From Candidatus Sericytochromatia bacterium (GTDB lineage Bacteria > Cyanobacteriota > Sericytochromatia > S15B-MN24 > JAQBPE01): 64,000 nt of DNA. Shown in pieces: positions 55,633-64,000 of this stretch (positions are counted from its first letter, which is position 1; each line of letters starts with the position of its first letter). A program made the translations under genes and the position numbers. The notes beneath the pieces were generated by a model. The model searched no databases. It was not told the DNA's origin and saw only the letters and a list, made by a program, of their open reading frames with translations. Location: contig JAKFEW010000160.1 of the NCBI GenBank assembly GCA_036675505.1, forward strand, positions 177,273-241,272, read 5' to 3'.

Positions 55633-56142
55633 TTACGGGGCGTCGCGCAACGGCTCCTCGAGGTCTGCGTTGCCCAGCATCACGTAGTCGACTTTCCAGC
55701 CGCCCGGCTCCTTGAGCATGGACACCGCCGCGCGCGCGGTGCCCTTCAAGCCCTTGGCGTGCGCCCATTCGGAGGTCACCTCCCCTTCGTAGATGAGGCT
55801 GACCCGCTCGTCGTCGATCAGCTGCCCGACGAGCCGCGGCCGGGCCAGGATCACCGCCCGCAGGCGCGCGAAACGCTCATCGAGGCCGGCCTGGGTCATC
55901 CTGATGGCCGCCCAAGCCCGCTGGACGGAGGTCGAGCGGCGGGCGACCACGTCCTGTGAGCTCCTGGCCCGCGCGAGGGCCGCGAGATAGGCCTCCCACG
56001 CCCCGAGGGAGCCGCGGAACGCCGGGCTACGCATCGCCGCGGCGCCGCCCGGCGGCTCGTCACGAATCGTCCCGGCGGCGGCCTGTGCGGGCGCACCGGC
56101 GAGAAAGACGCAAAGCAGGACGGCGAGGGCGTTCGGTCGCAT
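55633..56142 (-). CDS. hypothetical secreted protein (NTF2/SnoaL-like guess)
   Basis: MRPNALAVLLCVFLAGAPAQAAAG signal peptide with AAAGGA RBS, 169 aa. Confidence 0.5.
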   Translation of the reverse strand: MRPNALAVLLCVFLAGAPAQAAAGTIRDEPPGGAAAMRSPAFRGSLGAWEAYLAALARARSSQDVVARRSTSVQRAWAAIRMTQAGLDERFARLRAVILARPRLVGQLIDDERVSLIYEGEVTSEWAHAKGLKGTARAAVSMLKEPGGWKVDYVMLGNADLEEPLRDAP

Positions 56143-56291
56143 ATAGAGAGTCCTTTCCGATCGGCGCGGCGCGCGGGGCGGCGTTTCGGCCCTATACCCG
56201 AGTCGGCGGCCGCTCACGGGACCTTATGACATAACGCCACATTCGCCCCGGTGTGCCAATATCACGGAAGGTTTGGGCGGCCGGGAGCAGA

Positions 56292-57410
56292 ATGAGCCCC
56301 ATGACTTCCCCCGAGGAAACCCGCCGAGCCATTCGGCCCGTCATTGGCGAAACGCTGCACCACGCCTGGATCGAAGGCGGTAGCCTGCTGCCCGCGCTGA
56401 GCGACGCCAGCGTCGCCGTGCTGCGCGCCGAGAGCGTCGAGGCGGTCTTCGCGGCCATGGCCGCCGCGATCGCCCGCGGCACCGGCGCGCGCCGCTGCTT
56501 CCTGTGGGTCAAGGACCCCGCGTGCCCCGACGTGTTCCTCGGCACGCGCATTCCGACCGAGACGGGCGGCGCCTTCGGGCCCTGGCGCCCGGCGGTCGAC
56601 GACCGCGCCTGCTGGGACGCCTGCCGCCGGGCGCTCGCCACCGGCCGTCCCGTCGAGGCCCTCGACGGGGCCCCCGCGCGCCGCAGCGTGCTCGCGCTGC
56701 CGCTCGCGACGTCCGGCGAGGCGCTCGGCGTGCTCTACGTCGAGGCCGACCTGCCGGCCCACCGGCTCACCGAGGCAGACCTGGCCTGGTGCCAGGCGCT
56801 CGCGCCGGTCACCGCCGCCGCGCTCGAGATCGGCCGGCTGCACGAGGCGCGCGAGCGCCAGGCCCACGAGCTCGCCGAGACGCTCGAGAAGTACCGCACC
56901 GCGCAGCACGAGGCCAGCACGGACGCCTTGACCGGGCTCGCGAACCGGCGCTGCTTCCTCGACCACTGCGACCGCCAGACGGCGATCGCGAGCCGCTATG
57001 GCGCCCCGTACGCGCTGCTGCTGATCGACGTCGACCACTTCAAGGCCTGCAACGACATCTACGGCCATGCCGCGGGCGACCTCATGCTGCGCACCGTGGG
57101 CGCCACGCTGACCCGCAGCATCCGCCAGCCGGACCTGGCCGCGCGCTACGGCGGCGAGGAGTTCGTGATCCTGTGCCCGAACACCGACGCGCGCAAGGCC
57201 GCGTTGCTGGCCGAGCGGGTGCGGCGGGCGATCGCCGCGGCCAGGCCCCAGGCCGAGGGGTTCGACCTGCCGCCGGGCGTGACGGCCTCGATCGGCGTCG
57301 CCACCTACCAGGCCGCGGATACGCACGTGGCGGCGGTGATCGACCGTGCGGACCGCGCGCTGTACCAGGCCAAGCACGAGGGCCGCAACCGGGTCGTGCT
57401 CGCGGATTAG
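56292..57410 (+). CDS. GAF domain-containing diguanylate cyclase (GGDEF)
   Basis: GAF-like N-terminus, then GGDEF domain with canonical active site RYGGEEFVIL and I-site-like RxxD (RSIRQPD). Confidence 0.85.
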   Translation: MSPMTSPEETRRAIRPVIGETLHHAWIEGGSLLPALSDASVAVLRAESVEAVFAAMAAAIARGTGARRCFLWVKDPACPDVFLGTRIPTETGGAFGPWRPAVDDRACWDACRRALATGRPVEALDGAPARRSVLALPLATSGEALGVLYVEADLPAHRLTEADLAWCQALAPVTAAALEIGRLHEARERQAHELAETLEKYRTAQHEASTDALTGLANRRCFLDHCDRQTAIASRYGAPYALLLIDVDHFKACNDIYGHAAGDLMLRTVGATLTRSIRQPDLAARYGGEEFVILCPNTDARKAALLAERVRRAIAAARPQAEGFDLPPGVTASIGVATYQAADTHVAAVIDRADRALYQAKHEGRNRVVLAD

Positions 57411-57498
57411 CGCCCCTGCGATTTCTCCCCGCGTGCCAACGCCCGCCGCCTGGTGTCGGCAGGCGCGTATGCTATCGTGGCGCCGGAGGAGGGCCGCC

Positions 57499-58176
57499 AT
57501 GCGCATCGAAGCCGTCAGCCTGACGACCGCGCTCCCGGACGCGCTGCGGGACTTCTGGGGCGCCACCCTCGGCCAGCGGATCGAAGAGGGGCCGAACGGC
57601 AGCTTCACGGTCGTGCTGGGCTGGACGCGCCTGAGCTTCCAGCCGGCGGCGGACGGCACGCGCCCGATCCACCACCTCGCGGTCCAGATCCCCGAGAACC
57701 AGCTCGAAGCTGCGATGGCCTGGCTCGACGGCCGCGTGCGCCTCCTCGCGCACGAGGGCTCGCCGGTGCTCGCGTTCCCGAACTGGGATGCCCACTCGGT
57801 GTACTTCTTCGATCCGGCCGGCCACGTGCTCGAGGTGATCGCGCACCATGGGCTGCCGACGGCGTCCGACGCGCCGTTCGGGCCGGCGTCGCTGTTGGGC
57901 CTTGCCGAAGTCGGCCTGCCGGGCGATGTGCGCGCGGGTGCCGCGGCGATCGAGGCGGCGATCGGCGAACGGGTCTGGACCGGCGGCGGTGTTGGCTTCG
58001 CGGCCCTCGGCGACGCCTGGGGCCGCTTCATCCTGGTGCCGGAGGGCCACCGCTGGCTGCCCACCGAGGTGCCCGCCGCCGCGTTCCCGACGGCGGTGGC
58101 GACGGCGGGCGCGCGGGCCGGGGTGCTGGCGTGGGGGCGGTACGCCCTGGCGAGCCGCCCCGCGGTCAGTTGTTGA
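57499..58176 (+). CDS. VOC family protein (glyoxalase/ring-cleaving dioxygenase-like)
   Basis: GGAGGAGG RBS. Tandem beta-alpha-beta-beta-beta modules with HHLAVQIP and HVLEVIAHH motifs typical of the VOC fold. Confidence 0.65.
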   Translation: MRIEAVSLTTALPDALRDFWGATLGQRIEEGPNGSFTVVLGWTRLSFQPAADGTRPIHHLAVQIPENQLEAAMAWLDGRVRLLAHEGSPVLAFPNWDAHSVYFFDPAGHVLEVIAHHGLPTASDAPFGPASLLGLAEVGLPGDVRAGAAAIEAAIGERVWTGGGVGFAALGDAWGRFILVPEGHRWLPTEVPAAAFPTAVATAGARAGVLAWGRYALASRPAVSC

Positions 58177-58780
58177 TGTACTTCTCGAAGACCGCGCCGA
58201 AGTCCCGCACGACGAACTGCGAGCGGGTCTGGCGCTTCCAGTCGAAGGCCAGCTGGTTGATGTTCTTGAACTGATCCGTGATGTCTCCCTCGACCCGCGC
58301 GATCTTCCCGACCGTCGCGACGGCCGTGTCGAGGCTCTGTTGCGCGTGCTGCTGCGCGATGTCGTTCTCCATCTGGATCTCCGAAATCTTCATGAGCGCC
58401 TTGTAGAGGTCCTTGAGCTCGGCGATGAACTTCTTCTGGACGTCGATCGAGTAGGCCCGGCCCCCCAGCGAGAACTTGATCTCGATGTCGAGGTCCACCG
58501 TACCGGCCGTCTCGAGGAAGATGTCATCGAATTGAAATTTGGCGTAAGGGTAGCGCCGCAGCAGGCGCTTCTTGCTCATGGCGCTGGTGCCGTCCAGATG
58601 GATCAGCGACTGGTTCGTGAAGCAATACTCGTCGGCCTTCGACTTGATGAGGAAGAAGATCTTCTCGCCGTCCTCGTGCATCACGTAATCGTCGGCGTCG
58701 ACCTTGTTGTAGTCTTCCGGCTTGATCACGCTGCCGATGTCGCTCAGGCCCAGCATATCCGCTGCCACTTTTCCGAACAT
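58166..58780 (-). CDS. hypothetical protein
   Basis: 204 aa from MFGKVAADML, well-behaved codon usage, Lys/Asp/Glu-rich cytoplasmic-looking protein. No motif recognised. Confidence 0.55.
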   Translation of the reverse strand: MFGKVAADMLGLSDIGSVIKPEDYNKVDADDYVMHEDGEKIFFLIKSKADEYCFTNQSLIHLDGTSAMSKKRLLRRYPYAKFQFDDIFLETAGTVDLDIEIKFSLGGRAYSIDVQKKFIAELKDLYKALMKISEIQMENDIAQQHAQQSLDTAVATVGKIARVEGDITDQFKNINQLAFDWKRQTRSQFVVRDFGAVFEKYINN

Positions 58781-58797
58781 AGTCGTCCTCTTTCCTC

Positions 58798-59232
58798 TCA
58801 TTCGCCGCGACCGGGCGCCTCGCCCGTTGGACTATCGGCTATACCCCGTTCCTGTGTCACTCCTAACCGGTCCAACGCGAAGGCCATGGCGGCACCGACC
58901 GCGTAGGCCAGCAGATCCTCGCCCTTGAAGCCGTGACCGAAGAGCAGCCCGCCCAGGCGCGTGCCGCGGATGGTGTCGAGCCAGCCCAGGTGCACGAGCT
59001 GGCCGACTTCCACCGCTGCGGATACGCCCCAAGCGGCGAGCGCCAGCCAATGCGCGGGCAGCGACGGCCGCAGCAACGCGATCGCCCAGTAAACCGCGGC
59101 GGCGTAGAGCGCGTCGCCCGTGTACTCCGCGAAGACGCCCGGCAGTGGCCAGCGGCGCGAGGCGAGCCCCAGCCACACCGTCACCCCGAGCGCCGCCGCG
59201 AGCCTCACCCGGGTCCGCTTCGCCTTCGTCAT
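58798..59232 (-). CDS. small multi-TM membrane protein (DUF2809-like guess)
   Basis: Four predicted TM helices (VTVWLGLASRRW; ALYAAAVYWAIALL; LALAAWGVSAAVEVGQL; LAYAVGAAMAFAL). Confidence 0.5.
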   Translation of the reverse strand: MTKAKRTRVRLAAALGVTVWLGLASRRWPLPGVFAEYTGDALYAAAVYWAIALLRPSLPAHWLALAAWGVSAAVEVGQLVHLGWLDTIRGTRLGGLLFGHGFKGEDLLAYAVGAAMAFALDRLGVTQERGIADSPTGEAPGRGE

Positions 59233-59340
59233 GGCCGCCCACACGTCTCCCGACCGGCCTTGTACCCGATCGCGCGAGCGTGGCATGGCCAGGCTTTCTC
59301 TAAAGCCTGCCTCTATAGCCCATCGTTCTGCGGGTCAGCA

Positions 59341-59604
59341 TCAACGCTCTTCGAGCGTTTCGCGCACGCGCGACGCCATCGTCGCGCCAGGTGTACCGCT
59401 CGGCTCGCGCTCGCTGGTGACGTGGGACGGTCCCTGGTCGAAGGTGGGTGCGTTGCCCACCGATGAGGGATCCGCGGCCTTGTATGCGGCGAAGCCGCCA
59501 CCGCCGCCACCGCCGCTCTTACTTTCCACCGAATCTTGATCGTCCATGCCAGGGCCCGCGCGCCATTCGTCCGGCGCCCACCACCATGCGTTCCAACGTT
59601 CCAT
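59341..59604 (-). CDS. small Trp/Gly-rich hypothetical protein
   Basis: ATG with GGAGGA RBS 7 nt upstream. MERWNAWWWAPDEW...SGGGGGGGFAAYK. Low confidence. Confidence 0.35.
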   Translation of the reverse strand: MERWNAWWWAPDEWRAGPGMDDQDSVESKSGGGGGGGFAAYKAADPSSVGNAPTFDQGPSHVTSEREPSGTPGATMASRVRETLEER

Positions 59605-59821
59605 ACTGCGAATCCTCCGTGCGAACTCCGTTGTTCGAGTTCTCATGGTGTCGGGCAACGCCCCTCTCACCTACGCTCGAGCAGGTGTCCAAGTAAGGTA
59701 AAAGATCGGGCAGGCAATCTTAACGGTTTCTTCACATTGCGGGCGTCGTTTGCAACGGCGGTGCAACCGGAGGGCCCTATATCCCTTCTGTGAGCCGCAA
59801 GCGCTCCCCCGAAAACGACTT

Positions 59822-60012
59822 AACTCCCCACTCCCCACTCCCCATAACTCCAACTCCCAAAACTCCAACTCCCGACTCCAAACCAACTCCCAACTCCAAA
59901 CCAACTCCCAACTCCAAACCAACTCCCAACTCCAAACCAACTCCCAACTCCAAACCAACTCCCAACTCCAAACCAACTCCCAACTCCAACTCTCCCAACT
60001 CCCAACTCCAAC
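59822..60012. repeat. tandem direct repeat array, 18-bp unit AACTCCCAACTCCAAACC (5 perfect copies, degenerate flanking copies)
   Basis: Perfect units at 59885, 59903, 59921, 59939 and 59957. Flanking ACTCC(C)-rich degenerate copies extend from about 59822 to 60012. Confidence 0.9.
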
Positions 60013-60016
60013 CGAA

Positions 60017-60040
60017 CGAGCGGCCCGAAAGGGCCGCTCG
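60017..60040. other. perfect GNRA-type hairpin CGAGCGGCCC-GAAA-GGGCCGCTCG
   Basis: 10-bp perfect stem with GAAA tetraloop immediately after the repeat array. No T-run on either strand. Confidence 0.6.
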
Positions 60041-60126
60041 TAAGGCTTTCGGGGCGTCCGGTTGGAACCCTTGCTCGCCGGGTATGCCAAGGCGACACAA
60101 GGACCACAACCAGAAAGGACGCAGCC

Positions 60127-60810
60127 ATGGCGAACTTCGAGATCAGCGAGCAGGAAGGCCTGCGCCTCGTGAAGTGCACGCTCGCGAACGAGACCGTACG
60201 GACCGAGGCCGGCGCGCTTTACTACATGAAAGGCCCCATCACGATGGAGTCGAAGGCGCCCGGCGTCGGCGGCTTCCTCAAGGCGATGGCGACAGGCGAA
60301 TCGATCTTCAGGCCCACCTACACGGGCTCGGGCGAGTTGTACCTGGAGCCGTCGTTCGGGAACTTCCACGTGCTCGACGTGGCCGGCAGCGAGTGGATCC
60401 TCGAGGATGGCGCCTACTGGGCTTCGGAGAGCGGGATCGAGGTCGATATCCACCGCGAGAAGGCGCTCACCGCCTTCAAGAGCGGCGAGGGCTTCCTGAA
60501 CTTCCAGACGAAGATCAAGGGCCGCGGCAAGGTCGTGCTGAACGCCCAGGGACCGGTGCAGGAGATGCAACTGAACAACGAAAAGCTCGTGGTGGACGGC
60601 AAGTACGTGATCGCCCGCCCCACCTCGATCGCCTACAACATCCAGCGCGCCACGAAGTCGCTGCTCGGCTCGGCCACGTCCGGCGAGGGCCTGGTGAGCG
60701 TTTACGAGGGCACGGGCACCTTGCTGATCGCGCCGATGCCGTTCTGGCGGCAGCGCCTGTTCCAGACGCTGCAATCGGCGATGATGATGTCGGCCTCGGC
60801 CAAGCGCTAG
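60127..60810 (+). CDS. AIM24 family protein (DUF124/TIGR00266)
   Basis: MANFEISEQEGLRLVKCTLANETVRTEAGALYYMKGPITMESK matches the AIM24 N-terminus. 227 aa, typical size. AAAGGA RBS. Confidence 0.8.
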   Translation: MANFEISEQEGLRLVKCTLANETVRTEAGALYYMKGPITMESKAPGVGGFLKAMATGESIFRPTYTGSGELYLEPSFGNFHVLDVAGSEWILEDGAYWASESGIEVDIHREKALTAFKSGEGFLNFQTKIKGRGKVVLNAQGPVQEMQLNNEKLVVDGKYVIARPTSIAYNIQRATKSLLGSATSGEGLVSVYEGTGTLLIAPMPFWRQRLFQTLQSAMMMSASAKR

Positions 60811-61003
60811 CCGCGGCGGGAGTCGCGCCACGCCTGGGGCGTCATGCCCTGGGCGCGGCGGAACGTCTCGATGAAGTGCGAAGCGTAGCCGAAGCCCACG
60901 TCGAGCGCGACGCGCGTGATCGGCAGCTCCGTGGACGTCAGCAACACGCGCGCCGCGGCGAGACGCACGTCGATCAGGTAGCGCCTCGGCGAAGGGGGTC
61001 GGG
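60811..61003 (-). pseudogene. AraC-family HTH C-terminal fragment (gene remnant, no start codon)
   Basis: Minus-strand frame reads [stop]PRPPSPRRYLIDVRLAAARVLLTSTELPITRVALDVGFGYASHFIETFRRAQGMTPQAWRDSRRG*, the conserved second HTH of AraC/XylS regulators. Preceded by an in-frame stop, no Met. Confidence 0.5.
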
Positions 61004-61107
61004 GTCATCGGGATGAAGCGACGCGTGCGTATGGCTCGCGCATACCCCGCGTCGGCCCCCGGCGTGATGGCGGTGGCCGACGCTGGGCGTTTCCGTATAC
61101 TGGGTTC

Positions 61108-62007
61108 ATGTTCGATTGGTTCCGCTGGTCCACGCTGCGCGCGCCGGGCGCCGAAATCCGCGCGCCGCGCCGCCTGCTGCGCGGCCTTCACGACCCGGAA
61201 GGCTTCGCCGCCGCGCTCGGCGGGATGCACGAAGCCATCGAAGACCTGACCGGCGCGCCGGCGGGCGACGCCGACCGGCTCGTCATGGCGCTCGAGCACG
61301 GGAACCACGGCGGCATGTGGGCCTGGCCGGACGGCCGGCGCGGCCACCATGTGGGCGTGCCGCCTGCGACCTGGCCGAACCTGGTCGCCGCCGCGAACCG
61401 CCGCCCGGTCATCTCCGCGCTGGTCCACGAGCTCGGCCATGTGGCCTTCTGGTGGGACCGCGAGCCCACCACCGGCCGTTCGTACGTGCTCTGGGGCGGC
61501 GCGACCGAGGGTTTCGCGACCCCGGTCGGCACCTACGCCTGCGTGCGGATGGGCCGCGTGCCCGCCTGGATCGACGTGCCCGACGGCCGGCGCGACTGGG
61601 CCTCGCTCGCCGACTGGGCCAACCAGTGGATCCGGCAGGGCGTCGAGGTCCGCGGGCGAGGCGGCAAGGGCCAGGACAGCGTCGTGCAGGCTGGGCACGG
61701 GCCGGGCGCGGCGATCGTGGAGGCCGTGTTGTTCGATCTCGTCTTCAACCACCTCGGCGGCTACGACCCGCTGCGCGTGGTCCTGCGCGACGCCTACGCG
61801 CGGGGCCGAACGCCGTTCGCCGCCGCGCGCACCGAGCACGAGAAGATGACCGATTTCTTCATTGCCCTCGGCCGCGCCGCCGGCCGCGATGTCTCGGGCT
61901 ACCTGGCCGAGTGGGGCTTCGACGCCGCCGAGATCGCCCGCGCGCTCGGCTCGCTGCCGGCCCTGCAGGCCGGCGTGCCGGAGCCGCCCCCCATACACTA
62001 CGCGTAG
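61108..62007 (+). CDS. hypothetical protein with HExxH motif (putative zinc metallopeptidase-like)
   Basis: ISALVHELGHVAFWW contains HELGH. 299 aa with good coding bias. Confidence 0.6.
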   Translation: MFDWFRWSTLRAPGAEIRAPRRLLRGLHDPEGFAAALGGMHEAIEDLTGAPAGDADRLVMALEHGNHGGMWAWPDGRRGHHVGVPPATWPNLVAAANRRPVISALVHELGHVAFWWDREPTTGRSYVLWGGATEGFATPVGTYACVRMGRVPAWIDVPDGRRDWASLADWANQWIRQGVEVRGRGGKGQDSVVQAGHGPGAAIVEAVLFDLVFNHLGGYDPLRVVLRDAYARGRTPFAAARTEHEKMTDFFIALGRAAGRDVSGYLAEWGFDAAEIARALGSLPALQAGVPEPPPIHYA

Positions 62008-62058
62008 GGGCTTCCATCTCGGCGCCGATCTAGTACACTTGTTCGAGAAGGACTCCCC

Positions 62059-64000
62059 ATGGCCCGACCGAACCCCCGTCCCTCCCGAGCCGCCGGTGGC
62101 GCTCCCGCCCGCGGCGTGATCATCGTCGAGTCGCCGAACAAGGCGAAGACGATCCGCGCGATCGTGGGCAGCGCCTGGGAGGTCGTGGCCACCGTCGGGC
62201 ACTTCTGCGACCTGCCCGAGCGCGAGCTCGGCGTGGACGTGGCGAACGGCTTCCGGCCGACCTACGTGTACGCCGCCGACAAGCGGCAGGTGGTCGCGCA
62301 GTTGCGCGCGCTGAAGAACCGCTACCAGCCCGCGGACATCGTGGTCGCCTCGGACGCGGATCGCGAGGGCGAGGCGATCGGCTGGCACGTCGCACGGACG
62401 ATCGGCCTGCGCCCCGACGAGGTGCGGCGCGCCGAGTTCCACGAGATCACCGAGGCCGGCGTGCGGCGCGCGATGGCGCAGCTGCGCCCGCTCGACCTCG
62501 GGCTGGTCGCGGCGCAGGAGGCCCGGCGCATCCTCGACCGCCTGGTGGGCTACACCGTCTCGCCGGTCGTGCGCGATCGGCTGCCCACGGAGCGCGACCT
62601 CTCGGCGGGCCGCGTCCAATCCGTGGCGCTGCGCGTGGTGGTCGACCGCGAGCTCGCGATCCGCGCCTTCACGCCCACCGAGTTCTGGCGCATCCAGGCG
62701 CGCTATCCGTGGCCCGCCGACGCGCGCCGGCGCTGGAGCGCCGAGGTCGTGGGCACGGGGGATGCGCGGCGCCCCAGGGAGCTGCCGCTGGCGAACGAGG
62801 CGCAGGCCCAGGCGGTGGTGGCCGCGATCCAGGCGGTGCCCCACCGCGTCGCCCGCATGGTGCGACGCGAAGCCAAGCGCCAGCCCCCGGCACCGCTCGT
62901 GACGTCGACGATGTTGCAGCGCGCCTCGGCGCGGCTGCGCATGGGCACGGACGAAACGACGCGCCACGCCAAGGCGCTCTTCGAGGCCGGCCTCGTCACC
63001 TACATCCGCACGGACGACCCATCCGTCTCGCCCGATTTCCAGCGCGAGACGCTCGAGTGGCTGCGGGCCCGGCACGGCGACGGCATCGTGCCGGCGCGTC
63101 CGAACAAGTACAAGGCCAAGGCGGCCGCCAAGGCCCAGGGCGCGCACGAGTGCATCCGGCCGACGCGCCTGGAAGACCCGCGCGCGGATCGCCTCGACGG
63201 CCGGGTCCGCTCCCTCTACGACCTGATCCGCGAGACCTACCTCGCGAGCCAATGCGCCCCCGCGCGCTACGACGTGACCGAGGCCTGGCTCACCGCGCCG
63301 CGCGCGGACGACGACCCGATCGTGCTCAAGGCGACCGGCCGCGTGCTGCGCGACCCGGGCTTCCTTGCGATCTTCGGCCAGACCGTCGACGAGGAGGAAG
63401 ACGAGGAGGGCGAGCGTGCGCCGCTGCCGGCCCTGGCGGAAGGCGAGACGCACCGGCCGGCGGCCGTCGAGCCCTCGCAACACTGGACCCGGCCCCCCGA
63501 GCGCTTCACCGAGGCCACGCTGATCAAGTACCTCGAGGCGCGCGGCGTCGGCCGCCCGTCCACGTACAATTCGATGGTCGCGAAGATCCGGCAGCGCGCC
63601 TACGTGGAAACCGTCGACCGGCGCTTCCTCTGCCCCACGCCGAAAGGCGAGGTGCTCGACGCCGAGCTGCGCGCGTTCTTCTCGCCGGTGATCAAGGAAG
63701 GCTTCACCGCGGAGCTCGAGACGCGCCTCGACGCGATCGCCGCCCGCGAGGAGAACTGGCGCGAGTTCATGGCCTCCTTCTGGGCCGAGCTGACGCCCCT
63801 GATCGACGCCGCCCGCCGCGCGCCGCGCTCGTCGGCCCCACGGGCCGTCCCGCGCGCCCAGACCCCCGACGGTCCTGAGCCACCGGCTCGACGCACCCGC
63901 CGCCGCGCAGCAGCGAGCCCGCCCCCTGCCGCCGGAAGCGAAACCCCGCGCCGTGGCCGCGGCACGGGTGCCCGCCAGGGACGCGGCGCCAGCCCCGACG
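62059..64000 (+). CDS. topA: type IA DNA topoisomerase (TopA-like), 3' end beyond window
   Basis: Toprim N-terminus GVIIVESPNKAKTI, E...DxD (DADREGEAIGWH), GYTVSPVV, AGRVQSVALRVVVDRE, and active-site Tyr context LVTYIRTDD. Not in the ORF track (no stop in window); frame verified by manual translation from 62059 to the window edge. Confidence 0.85.
   Translation, partial: MARPNPRPSRAAGGAPARGVIIVESPNKAKTIRAIVGSAWEVVATVGHFCDLPERELGVDVANGFRPTYVYAADKRQVVAQLRALKNRYQPADIVVASDADREGEAIGWHVARTIGLRPDEVRRAEFHEITEAGVRRAMAQLRPLDLGLVAAQEARRILDRLVGYTVSPVVRDRLPTERDLSAGRVQSVALRVVVDRELAIRAFTPTEFWRIQARYPWPADARRRWSAEVVGTGDARRPRELPLANEAQAQAVVAAIQAVPHRVARMVRREAKRQPPAPLVTSTMLQRASARLRMGTDETTRHAKALFEAGLVTYIRTDDPSVSPDFQRETLEWLRARHGDGIVPARPNKYKAKAAAKAQGAHECIRPTRLEDPRADRLDGRVRSLYDLIRETYLASQCAPARYDVTEAWLTAPRADDDPIVLKATGRVLRDPGFLAIFGQTVDEEEDEEGERAPLPALAEGETHRPAAVEPSQHWTRPPERFTEATLIKYLEARGVGRPSTYNSMVAKIRQRAYVETVDRRFLCPTPKGEVLDAELRAFFSPVIKEGFTAELETRLDAIAAREENWREFMASFWAELTPLIDAARRAPRSSAPRAVPRAQTPDGPEPPARRTRRRAAASPPPAAGSETPRRGRGTGARQGRGASPD

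Noticed and set aside
59822-60012. Possible CRISPR array
   Set aside because: The 18-bp units are directly contiguous with no spacers, too short for CRISPR repeats, and no cas genes are nearby. It was classified as a simple tandem repeat.
59790-61016. 408-aa ORF encoding PTPNSK repeats
   Set aside because: The repeat-derived low-complexity stretch continues into Arg-rich junk and overlaps AIM24 in a different frame. No RBS and no coding bias outside the repeat.
59671-63483. 1270-aa minus-strand ORF, the longest in the track
   Set aside because: Arg/Gly/Ala/Pro-rich junk composition. It is antisense to clearly coding plus-strand genes (AIM24, HExxH protein, topA). Part of it translates the 18-bp tandem repeat as WSWELV x n. 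A typical high-GC antisense artefact.
1-64000. tRNA, rRNA, integrase/transposase, prophage or obvious defence-system genes
   Set aside because: I scanned intergenic regions for tRNA T-loop-like GGTTCGA(A/G)TCC motifs and found none. No recombinase or transposase-like ORFs and no restriction, toxin-antitoxin or Cas signatures were seen. No mobile-element call was made.

Overview
High-GC (roughly 70%) bacterial chromosomal segment with dense, mostly non-overlapping coding on both strands and no tRNA, rRNA, CRISPR, integrase or transposase. The gene content points to a Myxococcota-like organism, but the taxon is an inference, not a database hit: there are many predicted lipoproteins with L-x-G-C lipoboxes, three NHL-repeat beta-propeller lipoproteins, PilT, BON, Sel1 and TPR proteins, a flotillin and a family-1 encapsulin. 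Clearly core genes are serS, guaA, a CBS-less guaB, psuG, a type IA topoisomerase (partial at the 3' edge), a Crp/Fnr regulator, acylphosphatase, an M20 peptidase, an S8 protease, an SDR and an OYE reductase. The most interesting structures are: (1) an encapsulin operon at 15543-17965 whose cargo is a single 349-aa protein with two ferritin-like diiron domains and a C-terminal TVGSL-type targeting peptide; (2) a periplasmic rhodanese-cytochrome c fusion ORF at 48951-49808 cut by a single in-frame TGA two codons after the rhodanese catalytic Cys; (3) a perfect 64-bp palindrome right after the BON gene; (4) an 18-bp tandem repeat array plus hairpin in the divergent region upstream of an AIM24 gene; (5) a recurrent AT-rich GTTAAGA/TCTTAAC motif confined to intergenic regions upstream of secreted-protein genes; (6) several tandem paralogous lipoprotein pairs and three glycine-zipper small proteins; (7) c-di-GMP signalling components (a GGDEF-histidine kinase with a GGGEF variant motif, a GAF-GGDEF protein, and a multi-MshEN-domain candidate receptor next to guaA). 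The ORF track contains many long antisense or alternative-frame ORFs typical of high-GC DNA. These were rejected on amino-acid composition (Arg/Gly/Ala/Pro-rich) and overlap with clearly coding frames.
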